Assembly (NCBI GenBank): GCA_000002435.2
Contig: CM018793.1
DNA from: Giardia intestinalis
Taxonomy: Eukaryota
DNA: 64,000 nucleotides
Direction: 5' to 3' (one strand)
Shown here: positions 30,401-38,918 of the stretch, piece after piece
Position numbering within the stretch: the first letter of the stretch is position 1
How the letters are laid out: each line of letters opens with the position of its first letter
Notes under the pieces: generated by a model
The model's database searches: none
Told to the model about the DNA's origin: nothing
The model's input: the letters and a program-made list of their open reading frames with translations, nothing else
Program-made: the position numbers and the translations under genes

Positions 30401-30945
30401 CAGGATACTGTTTGAGGAGTATTAAACCTATAAAACGTAAGTAAATGGTCACGTTGGAGGTCAAGGTACTGCGGGTCAACGCTTATCTGTGACCAGACAA
30501 CAGAAAACCAGGACTTAGGGTCGATATCCATTATGGTTCCCTCCTGGATAACGGGGTTAGTGCGTGCGAGACTCTTGATCATTTCTATAAAAGGTTGCCG
30601 CTCGGCTACAGACCGGCGGTCCTCGTATATTAGTGGGCTAAAAAGCAGGTCTGGGTAGGGTCTGGAGGCGGTGTTAGAAATTGTCAAAGAGGGACGCTGA
30701 ACGGGGTAGAGCTCTATTTTTGATAGAACGGGCACCCAGTATGTTCTAAATAGTGTTCCATCGGGCCTGGGAAACAAAACCGAATGTCCGTACGGCGAGT
30801 CGAAAAACCGCCATACACTTGCTAAGTGCACCAGAGGTGTGCTTGAGGAGGACAAGGCCGTGATGGAGACGCGAGGTGTCAGGCATTCGATGATTGTTCC
30901 GAGGTTGTCTTGATCCCTAGCCACCGCCCCCTGCTCTGAGTGCAT
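27403..30945 (-). CDS. Large hypothetical protein (1180 aa); N-terminal region with an SWFSVVW...LLTFYRF motif reminiscent of DUF789-like domains; function unknown
   Basis: ATG at 30945. It is an uninterrupted 3.5-kb ORF with ordinary Giardia composition. I cannot assign a confident homologue. Confidence 0.6.
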   Translation of the reverse strand: MHSEQGAVARDQDNLGTIIECLTPRVSITALSSSSTPLVHLASVWRFFDSPYGHSVLFPRPDGTLFRTYWVPVLSKIELYPVQRPSLTISNTASRPYPDLLFSPLIYEDRRSVAERQPFIEMIKSLARTNPVIQEGTIMDIDPKSWFSVVWSQISVDPQYLDLQRDHLLTFYRFNTPQTVSWLTNARSSDHDHHLEMYIKYNRFYTEKRSASNKQLRFSPSDSGSITSPLKLLNLSQSDIQHALDTHDCTYSLLTVHSPMLPTCTSDLTWARNGFQPERSFASPGIINSLKTHRSIKEKNNLTNISSCTSFEDTNTQPHTKKVYSKTDDHTFLQRKQLAEKWVGAEFLRVKDAFCIHHLCRESAPSAETILDVFNYFVEHLHVCTDLQVETSTIVLRGNISRKYHEPSILSWSERKGYLMLDATSTHFGYKRSGRMSADDIRKIFHRSSYSLSEYPRTIIHLYAILLVMQQHSEVYKDLPLYYRIIINALYYTGLQQIMSRSKVADPVTIDAETITSYHTTKNFALAASARHDGYLRKNETGQNNSEKGFVVNLDATAKSTIQSTNEPREGCPDSIIQPKTIAGLNYSIDLLPPYNISSFNPESTSRISSILDSLTLQQLHSTLCDLMKHFYPANGSCVERVFSKTRSIPASFKYLHNVGFKSIMNPLNSLLSHDMRHTASLQLMLSHPIFKRSSSEYKQSMQAVFHHQTSSSLVTSNSHCSSSIVITTTKHHNLEKLSSDSTRISPPSSAVSTAEVKESLTDGSSDHITIVSDAPLQSGVSTCKTVSLNPSPLISTTSPFDSSNSYLSLLLDDGRRPCSSGDAEVVSFSKETTKASRSKARLRETKRKELSITVGTSLVPGDKERCEKIILEQYRTFIKLLYHLLTHKQNDKTHDYLVCPSSSHAPYLTFYRRDPSSDCSCDFCHQSFIMQGGTCSASGWDRGSGYILPSPSSRASFDAFLCESATRRLVCSPGIRRYICSDKALARFTHFSANYKLTEFSNLSAVATKFLSSRSIMDGIRLSFVGCLPLNTFHTNLEFYRSTDNSEENFKLIRSKDSKHILKFSEYPVIYHIFLEIILNYVPVYHDLISCMPPKLDKFILEPRVITRKIAFTDTIDDSAIQLRGGHVLAIHPPRQRPSSAEGGSREHARKPKAARLKHQRVGHSNQPSNRSPAVNSSK

Positions 30946-31008
30946 TCAGTAGAATCGTCTTTTTTGAAAATCAAATGTTATAGACAGAGTTGTTTACACA
31001 GGAGGCAC

Positions 31009-34000
31009 TCAGCTGTTTGCATAGGCCCGTGCAATCTCTTTGACACGCTCCTGTGTAGTTGCCGTGCCGAACTTCTTCTCGAAGTTATAGAACCTCTTTA
31101 ATACATACGACATCTTCTTCAGCGATAACCGTAATGCACAACACCGCTCATAGAGAGACCGTACGTCCTGGGGATTTATAGGCGCCACGTGCTTCTCTTC
31201 CATGTCTAAGTATTGCCCCCATATATCCATCCGCTGAGGCATAGTACCCACAAGTTTGTCAAAAGCCGCTCTTCCCCGTGTAACGTCATTTATTTTGTAC
31301 TCTGCCCGGGCAGAATCGCAAAGCAACCGCAGAAGAACGTCCTGTGAAAGACAGCTGGACGCCTTTTGTAGTTCCTGCCCTCGCGCCTTTATACGGTTAC
31401 CTTCTACGACATTGGCGGGGATATCATGGCCCTTGACGTTATAAAGGAACAAGAAATAGTCCCTCCAGTTTTCATAGATCCTCTTCCGTTCCTTTTTGGA
31501 GAATAGCACGTCGTAACCTCTTGCGGCTGATTCCCAGTCGCCCTGGTCTAGCTTTCCGGAGCAGTATATTCTTAGAAGCTCATTGGGATCGTTTCTGCGT
31601 ATTCCCTCATAGAGTTCATTCATCCCCGCTTCTGGACCGTGAAACTTCTCCTTCAACGCTATCTTCGCTAACCAAAGATTCCTGTAATCTACCTCCTTGT
31701 CTGGACAAATCTTTGTCATGGCTCGATCGAGGACCGCCTCCGCCTTATCGATGCTCGCCCTATCAACGTGGAAAGCGACATACCGAATCCAGAGATACGA
31801 AGACTGCTCGTTTCCTGCCAAAAGTCTTTCAAAGTCTGCCTCTGACTGCGGGGCAGCATTCGTTAGCAGCTCCTCCTCTCTTTCACGAATGTCTTTTTCC
31901 TCCTTAACTCTTTTCTGCTCGGCAGTCATTTTTGGTGCCTGGCGCACTTCGTACTCTCGCACTCCATTATTCAGAATATCGTCATTTGCTTCCTGATAGT
32001 CATCTGAATAGCTAGAGTCATCGGCTACTGGACGCTTCAATGTACCAAAGTTGAGGAAATTTATAACCGGACCCTCGGTCTCCGACGAGTCGCTTTCGGT
32101 ATTTTCTTCCTGCTTATCATCCTCTTCTTGTTTCTCAGACCCTTGGCTCTGGTTGTGATCATCATCCAGTTCTCCAGCAAAGAGATCATAGCTACGTGTC
32201 CGCTTTCGTACCGGCTCAAATCTACTCTGATCTGCTTCTACCGCTGGTGGCTTGAGTCCTTGGGCCTCACTACTGGTCGTCGCTTGGTTTAGAAGCTCTT
32301 CATGGTGAATTGCGCGTGACTTGTCTTGCTTGTTTCGGCGAGTCCGATCCTGCTTCAGAACGGGTAGGTTCGTGATGTCGATTCCAGCAGCTAAAAAGTG
32401 TGCCGCCTTCAGACCCACCGATGCTCCTTTAGCAGTCGGCTCTAAAACAATGAAGTACAACCGTTGGCCTTTGTAGTAACTGTTAGAGCACCTATTAGCA
32501 TTATTTAAAACGATCTTTTCGCTGTTCATTGGTCCATGGCCGGACACGTCAATGGAGTCGCTGATCCTGGCTCGGACACGGGTCAAAGGGTAGCAATCCT
32601 CAACGGTTATGAACACTCCTCGGTCATCCATTACATTGTCAACTCTGCCAATTAAACATGCACCAGCCTTAATGATAACGCTTGGATGCTTGATATTGGG
32701 GTTGTTGACGACGGTAGGCTTAATTGTGCCATTGTATTGCGGCATGTCGTTGAATGTGCTTGTATCTAGGTAACGGACACGCACCATTGTGTTAGATGGG
32801 TACTTCTCCTGTACTTCCTCTGGACTGATAAATTCCTCAGAGATCTCCTTCATCTTGACATGAATTGTGATGGACTCGGAGACCACAACTTGCAACCCTG
32901 CACCTATCTTGGAGTATGGACGGATGAACCCGACATAGGTATCGTGTATAGACAGATCTTCGGCTGTTTGAGGAAGAAACAGCCGCTCTTGGCCGACGGA
33001 GATGAAGGAATGACGAGACATGGAGGAAACTTGAAAGTCTATAGGCCGCAGAGATATGTTGTCCGGGCCTATGCGAATGCATTTGTGGTACCCCAGGATG
33101 TCATGGACAAAAGCATCTGCATGGTTTGAGAAGTCTTGAGGGTCATTAAATAGCCTGGTTACGGAGAGCACCGGCGCCAAGAATAGGCCTCTTCGACTGC
33201 AGAACTCCACAGGAGATGTAGCTGTTAGGAAACACATAGATGTGTGCCCGTTGAGACGCAATGCACCTGAGGGCAGCACTTGGCAAATAGTATGCTGGAG
33301 CCCTGTGAGCGTGTTCGTTGGCTTAGTCATGGCTATGGAACACAGACCCACAGGTGAGGAAAGCATGTTCTCCTCTAGAGGGTCTAGCGTACCGATTCGG
33401 TTGATTCCGGCGACAATCACTGGATTAGGAACCTCTTTAGACGTGAAGGATGTTATTGTAATTAAACTGCCCTCTTTGTACAACTCTCGGAGCGGACGGA
33501 CAGCAGCAGGGGTCTCAAAAACATCAACTGCATGAACAAACACAAGGCAGTTATCAAATAGGTCTCGGAGAAGCATATAGTGCTCTGTCACGTAACGGAC
33601 CATGCCTATGGACGTGCACCCAGACTTGGAAAGAGCAGAGCGTAGCGCCCTAAGGCCTGCCATGGAGAGTGACGCTGGATATAAGTCTACAATTTCGCAG
33701 GACTGCTCACCTGCTGCGGAGTCAGTATCAGCACAAATAGTAGAAAGCTCCTGGTCACCATGCAACGTAACAAGGCTTCTGACACAAACATCGACAATGC
33801 TATCTGATGCTGAGTGATGCCCATGCTTTTCAAAGTATGCCGTAAGAGTGAGTTCCCCACCTGCAACGAATTTGATTATTTCTTCACTAAAGGCAGTGAT
33901 CAGCGAAGAAAGCTGTGCTGGCTTTGTGGAGGTCTCTACTAGCTTAGCTACAAGCCGGCTGAGTAATACAGCCTCAAGGGTCATGCGTCCAACGATGCCC

Positions 34001-36537
34001 GACCCCAGATCATAGATGGCACAGTATGCATCTGGGCTCGTGTTTGAAAAAAGGTAGCTTCCCTTTAGTATAGATCCATTTTGGCAATCACCTGCTGAGG
34101 AAATCCCATCGTTTAGCTGTTGAGTCTGTGGAAGCACTAGCCTGGTATACCTTGTTGCAATCGAACTATCAACCATAGACTCAATCTTTTGCGCCCCGAG
34201 AGGAGCCTTGAAGACCCCATTGTGGCAGTATCCGCTAATACTTACATCAACTTTCCTGTCCCGATTTGCGCGGCGCTCTCCCACCTTTACAACACGCACC
34301 TGGATAAGAGTCAATGGACAGATGTTGTCAAGTTCATGGTTTCCAAAATCAGGATAGAATATCTCAGTATTCGCGGACAATCGAGCAGTGAGCCCGCTGA
34401 CTGACATATGTGTAACGACAGCTTGATAGGTCTGTCCTCTTGTCATGACATCTGTTTCTGCCGGAAGAACATGCTCCTTGTTAGCAAGAAAGCTAGAGCT
34501 AGCTCCAATATACACAGAAACCCTATCTCGAGTGGACAGTATGGTGAGGAGCCGAATGCATGGCAGGATAGAGAAGACATCCTGCTCTTCCTCAGAGTCG
34601 TTGGCTCCCAAATAAAGCCTAACAAGCTCAGCGGACTTGCCAGGAAAGGCTATGCAGCCATGCGGGAGGAAGACATGGATGGACTCCTCCTGTGCTCCGG
34701 AGAGCTTGACCCCGAGCTTGAATCCTCCGAGTGCAATGCTCCTTATTTCCACCGTGGCATTTTCCCTGCTCAGAATGGTGCCCAGGGGTATCTTATTACT
34801 ACAGTCCCCGTCCACAGTGAAAGAATAGGGTAGCTCAAATTTAATAAAGTGCCGATAGTTAAGTACCCTCATCAGACCATCAGCATAGCTTGACCGCAGC
34901 TTAGCAGCGTCGTCTCCGCGCTGTGATTCTGAAAGACGATCTACGGTCGTGTACTTCTCGTCGTTTCTCACGCAAATGAATTCATAGACTTGGCCTATCT
35001 CCATTCCATTGGCATTGGCACATATTCCATTATACAGATTAGTGAATTGAATGACGGCCGAGCACTTTGCGTTGTCAATGAAGCTTGTCACAACCCCTCG
35101 AGATACCATCCCTGGCTTTACAGTGTCTTTAGAAGAGAAGAGGGGATCCGAGCCTAGATTGGCAAGCGATAGGTAATAGACTTGCCGTGGCTCATCATAT
35201 GCAATTACTCGAAGTGTGCCATGATGCCTATTAATGTTAAGCCCGACTGGAATGTTGTGACCCTTTAGGTGTGAACCGTAATGAGGCTGATTAATCATGC
35301 CATGAAGAGAGCGTGCTGGTGAGACCTCTATGCTAACATGTACCCCAGTATCAAGAACCTTTGTGACCTTGACAGGTATTTTCTTATCAATGATCATACC
35401 CGAGTGGTACTCAGCTTCGGTGGACGAGACTATATCTCCTGGATTTGCAGTTCCTATATAGAGATCGTCAAACTGTCTATACCCTATGATCTTTGTTTTC
35501 AAGTTAATAGGCTCGCCTATCTGCGCTTCGGCTGCTGCACCATGGTGTGTAGATTCGACTGGTATGTAGACAAACGACGAGAGATCGGAGTCTAGAGAAG
35601 CGTACACAGCGCCCTTTACTGTTTGGACCATGGTCAGCTTTCCTTCTTGAAGTACCTGGCCAACACTATAGATCTGTGTTGGTGCGGCGTGATCCAAAAC
35701 AGAGTCCATGTTAGATAAATAGATAAGCGGGCCATCAACGTCGGTCGATTGCGGATTCAGATCTAGATAGATCACTTTGAACTTTCCTTGGAAGCCTGTG
35801 TATGTTGCATATCCACTACTGGGATCAGCGGGCCGCCGGAAATGCTCAGACAGGACATACCCATAAAGCTTGGCAGAGCGCATGCCCTTCTGACTAGACT
35901 TTCCTCCTGTGCTGATAAGGCGCACCACAGAATGCGTTGATGCGTTATGCACCACCTCTGCTTTGATGATCTGCCCTGGGACAACCTGATTATAGCCGTC
36001 AAAGGCTGCAGCTGCAGTTAGATCAAGTTTTTGAAGGGAAACCTGCAGAAGTGTTCCTGAGGCGTTAAGATCGACAACCGCACATTGAACGACAAGTCCT
36101 GGCTTGAGCCTGGAATGGAGCTCCTCGGGCACTCTAGATTTGGAAAGGAAGCAGCTCGTTTCCCGGGCATCCTTAACTTCTGCGATCCAGCCGTGGTCCT
36201 CAACTGTTTCTATCTGACAGACAACTAGAGATTTGCGCGAAAAGTCGCGCTGGTGAAAGAGAGAGGGCTTGAGGCCTAAGATGGGCTTTCCTGTGGCATC
36301 TTGGCCAACTACAACACCGAGTACGTAATCACCAGCCTTATATAGTTCTGTGAGGGGCCTTACGCGTTCGGAGTCTATTGCGTTAACATCGGAAACGTTC
36401 CCAAGTATTCCAAACGGAAGATTAACAAGCATGTATTCTGGGCGCACATTAGCAACTATTGCGAGGACCATGGTGCCCCTGTGGAGCTGCGAAGCCGCCG
36501 GGCGAGCGGTCGTGAGGAGCTGATAGTCGCTGGACAT
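31009..36537 (-). CDS. RRP5: rRNA biogenesis protein RRP5 (PDCD11-like): multiple S1 RNA-binding domains plus C-terminal HAT/TPR repeats
   Basis: The ORF track start at 36558 is TTG. The first ATG, at 36537, has an A/T-rich leader. It encodes 1842 aa. The N-terminal two-thirds has repeated S1-like beta-barrel units (GxxVxGxV...). The C-terminal 400 aa has HAT repeats (YLWIRYVAFHVDRASIDKAEAVLDRA...WLAKIALKEKF...YENWRDYFLFLYN...WGQYLDMEE), as in yeast Rrp5. Confidence 0.8.
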   Translation of the reverse strand: MSSDYQLLTTARPAASQLHRGTMVLAIVANVRPEYMLVNLPFGILGNVSDVNAIDSERVRPLTELYKAGDYVLGVVVGQDATGKPILGLKPSLFHQRDFSRKSLVVCQIETVEDHGWIAEVKDARETSCFLSKSRVPEELHSRLKPGLVVQCAVVDLNASGTLLQVSLQKLDLTAAAAFDGYNQVVPGQIIKAEVVHNASTHSVVRLISTGGKSSQKGMRSAKLYGYVLSEHFRRPADPSSGYATYTGFQGKFKVIYLDLNPQSTDVDGPLIYLSNMDSVLDHAAPTQIYSVGQVLQEGKLTMVQTVKGAVYASLDSDLSSFVYIPVESTHHGAAAEAQIGEPINLKTKIIGYRQFDDLYIGTANPGDIVSSTEAEYHSGMIIDKKIPVKVTKVLDTGVHVSIEVSPARSLHGMINQPHYGSHLKGHNIPVGLNINRHHGTLRVIAYDEPRQVYYLSLANLGSDPLFSSKDTVKPGMVSRGVVTSFIDNAKCSAVIQFTNLYNGICANANGMEIGQVYEFICVRNDEKYTTVDRLSESQRGDDAAKLRSSYADGLMRVLNYRHFIKFELPYSFTVDGDCSNKIPLGTILSRENATVEIRSIALGGFKLGVKLSGAQEESIHVFLPHGCIAFPGKSAELVRLYLGANDSEEEQDVFSILPCIRLLTILSTRDRVSVYIGASSSFLANKEHVLPAETDVMTRGQTYQAVVTHMSVSGLTARLSANTEIFYPDFGNHELDNICPLTLIQVRVVKVGERRANRDRKVDVSISGYCHNGVFKAPLGAQKIESMVDSSIATRYTRLVLPQTQQLNDGISSAGDCQNGSILKGSYLFSNTSPDAYCAIYDLGSGIVGRMTLEAVLLSRLVAKLVETSTKPAQLSSLITAFSEEIIKFVAGGELTLTAYFEKHGHHSASDSIVDVCVRSLVTLHGDQELSTICADTDSAAGEQSCEIVDLYPASLSMAGLRALRSALSKSGCTSIGMVRYVTEHYMLLRDLFDNCLVFVHAVDVFETPAAVRPLRELYKEGSLITITSFTSKEVPNPVIVAGINRIGTLDPLEENMLSSPVGLCSIAMTKPTNTLTGLQHTICQVLPSGALRLNGHTSMCFLTATSPVEFCSRRGLFLAPVLSVTRLFNDPQDFSNHADAFVHDILGYHKCIRIGPDNISLRPIDFQVSSMSRHSFISVGQERLFLPQTAEDLSIHDTYVGFIRPYSKIGAGLQVVVSESITIHVKMKEISEEFISPEEVQEKYPSNTMVRVRYLDTSTFNDMPQYNGTIKPTVVNNPNIKHPSVIIKAGACLIGRVDNVMDDRGVFITVEDCYPLTRVRARISDSIDVSGHGPMNSEKIVLNNANRCSNSYYKGQRLYFIVLEPTAKGASVGLKAAHFLAAGIDITNLPVLKQDRTRRNKQDKSRAIHHEELLNQATTSSEAQGLKPPAVEADQSRFEPVRKRTRSYDLFAGELDDDHNQSQGSEKQEEDDKQEENTESDSSETEGPVINFLNFGTLKRPVADDSSYSDDYQEANDDILNNGVREYEVRQAPKMTAEQKRVKEEKDIREREEELLTNAAPQSEADFERLLAGNEQSSYLWIRYVAFHVDRASIDKAEAVLDRAMTKICPDKEVDYRNLWLAKIALKEKFHGPEAGMNELYEGIRRNDPNELLRIYCSGKLDQGDWESAARGYDVLFSKKERKRIYENWRDYFLFLYNVKGHDIPANVVEGNRIKARGQELQKASSCLSQDVLLRLLCDSARAEYKINDVTRGRAAFDKLVGTMPQRMDIWGQYLDMEEKHVAPINPQDVRSLYERCCALRLSLKKMSYVLKRFYNFEKKFGTATTQERVKEIARAYANS

Positions 36538-36624
36538 AGTATTTAATTTTAAATGCAAAGGAAGAATCGCCGTTGCAATTAAAACAACACTTCACAGCTA
36601 TGCAGTAAATTCCGAGTCGTCAGG

Positions 36625-37434
36625 ATGTCTGTTTCAGGCTTAAAGCCAAAGATGGCCTCGCAAGCATACGAGATGCTTGAACGTCAGATGATGGAGATCA
36701 CAAACCCCAAGCAGCTAAAGGACCAGCTGGTAAGCCTGTGCCGTGAAATCCAAGATCTGGTACGAGAATCCGAATGCATGGATAAGATACTTGGGCGCCA
36801 AGTCCATGCACTTAGTAAGGCAGAAAACGTCGGCGACACCGCGGTTACACAAAAACTTGACCTTTTGCGAGCTGAGTTGGCACAAGTGGTTAGTGAGGAA
36901 AAGGAGCTTACGGAGCAGGTTAGAGCTATGAAGCGGACAGCAGCCAAAAAGGGACAGGAGGCCAAACGAATTCGGACTGAAGCTGGCAACGCGATTAAAG
37001 TGGATGGCATCGATCGCTTCCCCGTGACGCTAGCAGAGGTTGAAGCCTTCCTCCTACAGAGACCAGATGTCACCAGGGCTGAGGTTGATGAGGGAATTGA
37101 GTTTCTTTGCAAAGAACATGAGAGTTTAAAGGCAATAATCGAGCAGTACATTAATGCAAAGGCGGAAGCAGAAAGTGAGGTTCATGGGGAGTTGGCGGAG
37201 CTAGGCAAAAAATTCGCCAAGCTTAATCGCGAAAGAGCAAAGCTATCGATGGACCTCGAAAAGCAACTCCACTGGATCCACATTCTTACAATTAGACTGC
37301 GGAGCGTGCGTCGCGCAGCTCAGGCGGCCGCGAAATCGCCCCAGGCACGGAAATCCGTGACCTCTCCCAATATTCCTATGGATTCTGGTGCAGAAAGAGG
37401 CCCTGCCAAAGCAAAGAAAATCCCGGTTCGGTAG
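36625..37434 (+). CDS. Hypothetical coiled-coil protein (268 aa)
   Basis: ATG at 36625. The sequence is charged and heptad-rich (LRAELAQVVSEEKELTEQVRAMKR...). No homology recognised. Confidence 0.5.
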   Translation: MSVSGLKPKMASQAYEMLERQMMEITNPKQLKDQLVSLCREIQDLVRESECMDKILGRQVHALSKAENVGDTAVTQKLDLLRAELAQVVSEEKELTEQVRAMKRTAAKKGQEAKRIRTEAGNAIKVDGIDRFPVTLAEVEAFLLQRPDVTRAEVDEGIEFLCKEHESLKAIIEQYINAKAEAESEVHGELAELGKKFAKLNRERAKLSMDLEKQLHWIHILTIRLRSVRRAAQAAAKSPQARKSVTSPNIPMDSGAERGPAKAKKIPVR

Positions 37435-37501
37435 CTCAAACATGCAAGAGGCAGTGCAGCGTCTTGGGACCGCGTAAGTAGCAGAATTAGTTTACTGTCC
37501 A

Positions 37502-38815
37502 CTACTTGGACTGGGACTGCGCCTCTCCTACAAATGGAAATGCAAAGTGCGGTGTTTGCTGTCCTGGGGACATCTGCATCGGCGCGAGTACTTGACCCTG
37601 CATGCCGTTCATCATCGGCATGGGCATGTGCACCATCTGGTAGCCAGGGATCTGGAACATATCGGTACCCTTCACCTGCGATGAGGTAGTGGGAGGAAAC
37701 GGATTCATCTCTCCTATGGGTCCTTGACTCGGATAGTAAACGGGGACATAGACTACCTGAACCGGCTGTTGGTTTGGCTGGGCGGAAGCTATGGGAGCAG
37801 ACATAACGGGGATGTTGCTGGCCATCACGTAGGGCTGCTGGCCGGGCTGTTGAACCATGGCCATCTGTTGGGTGTTCTCTGTGGGTCTTCCCATATTCTT
37901 CTCGAGAGCCATTACATCTATCGGCGGCGCCTGCTGCCCTCCGCCTGGCTTCAACATTAGTTGAATGTTGTCTTTCTGGCCATCGTGAGGCTTCTGAACA
38001 ACACTAGACGGAGGAGTACTGTCCTTTGTGGTTTTAGTGCTTGTTATCTTAATAGTAATCTTCTGCGAGGCAGAAGTGGCAGTGAGCTCCGGCTTTGAGA
38101 CAGAGTCAGCCCCTTGAGCGATTGCAGCCTTTTCCGCGGTCTTCTGGGTATTAATAACGACCTTTACAGGGGCCCCCGGCGGCGTGGCGGGCTCTGATTT
38201 ATCAGGTGCTGCATCATGTTTTTCCTTCTTAGATGTGTGCGTTTTAGGCTTAGATGATGTGGCAGATTCTTTAGAGTTGTTAGTCGGACCGGCATCTGAG
38301 GGCCCCGCATTCTCCTTCAAAGCTGGGCTCTTGGAGGTGATCTGCAAGACTCTTTTATTATCAGCATTATCCTCGCCCTTATGTGTAGAGTCGCTGGTTG
38401 TTCTGTGCTTCTCAGGCGTAATTTCGTGACTCACCGCTTTAGTAGAGCCCTCACCATTAGTGGGCCCAGTGTGCTTCGCGGTTTGCTGTCTTTTATGCTC
38501 GTTTCTATTCGGCCGTCTGTCGTTGTACTCGCGTCTCCTAGGATTGGGTCCCCCGTGACCAGAAGGCCTGTGGAGACTCTTATTTATCGGATTGCTGATC
38601 CATGGATGATAATTTGGAGAAATGAGTAGGTCAATTGCCTTGTCGAAATCGAAGTTTGTCTCCCGCAGAGTTGCCTCACAATCCTGCTGTCCTCGTTGAA
38701 TATCAAAGTCCTTCATCGTAAGCATAACCTTCTTCACCATCTTTTCCTGTTCCTGAGTGAGACTGGCCCCGCTGCTCCGCCCAGACTCCTGGTGGCCGTA
38801 CCGCATGGCTTGCAT
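37502..38815 (-). CDS. Hypothetical protein with N-terminal UBA/CUE-like helical domain and Pro/Gln/Met-rich low-complexity C-terminus
   Basis: ATG at 38815. EQEKMVKKVMLTMKDFDIQRGQQDCEATLRETNFDFDKAIDLLIS has the UBA/CUE-like hydrophobic pattern. The C-terminal 200 aa is low complexity (QQPGQQPYVMASNIPVMSAP...MPMPMMNGMQGQ). Confidence 0.5.
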   Translation of the reverse strand: MQAMRYGHQESGRSSGASLTQEQEKMVKKVMLTMKDFDIQRGQQDCEATLRETNFDFDKAIDLLISPNYHPWISNPINKSLHRPSGHGGPNPRRREYNDRRPNRNEHKRQQTAKHTGPTNGEGSTKAVSHEITPEKHRTTSDSTHKGEDNADNKRVLQITSKSPALKENAGPSDAGPTNNSKESATSSKPKTHTSKKEKHDAAPDKSEPATPPGAPVKVVINTQKTAEKAAIAQGADSVSKPELTATSASQKITIKITSTKTTKDSTPPSSVVQKPHDGQKDNIQLMLKPGGGQQAPPIDVMALEKNMGRPTENTQQMAMVQQPGQQPYVMASNIPVMSAPIASAQPNQQPVQVVYVPVYYPSQGPIGEMNPFPPTTSSQVKGTDMFQIPGYQMVHMPMPMMNGMQGQVLAPMQMSPGQQTPHFAFPFVGEAQSQSK

Positions 38816-38918
38816 TTAATTAGCAATTTAGATGATTTTTAAAATGGAATCGATTCACTCCACAATTCTGATGGCAAATCCACAAGATTTGCATTTCACT
38901 TAAAAACATTTCAAGTCC

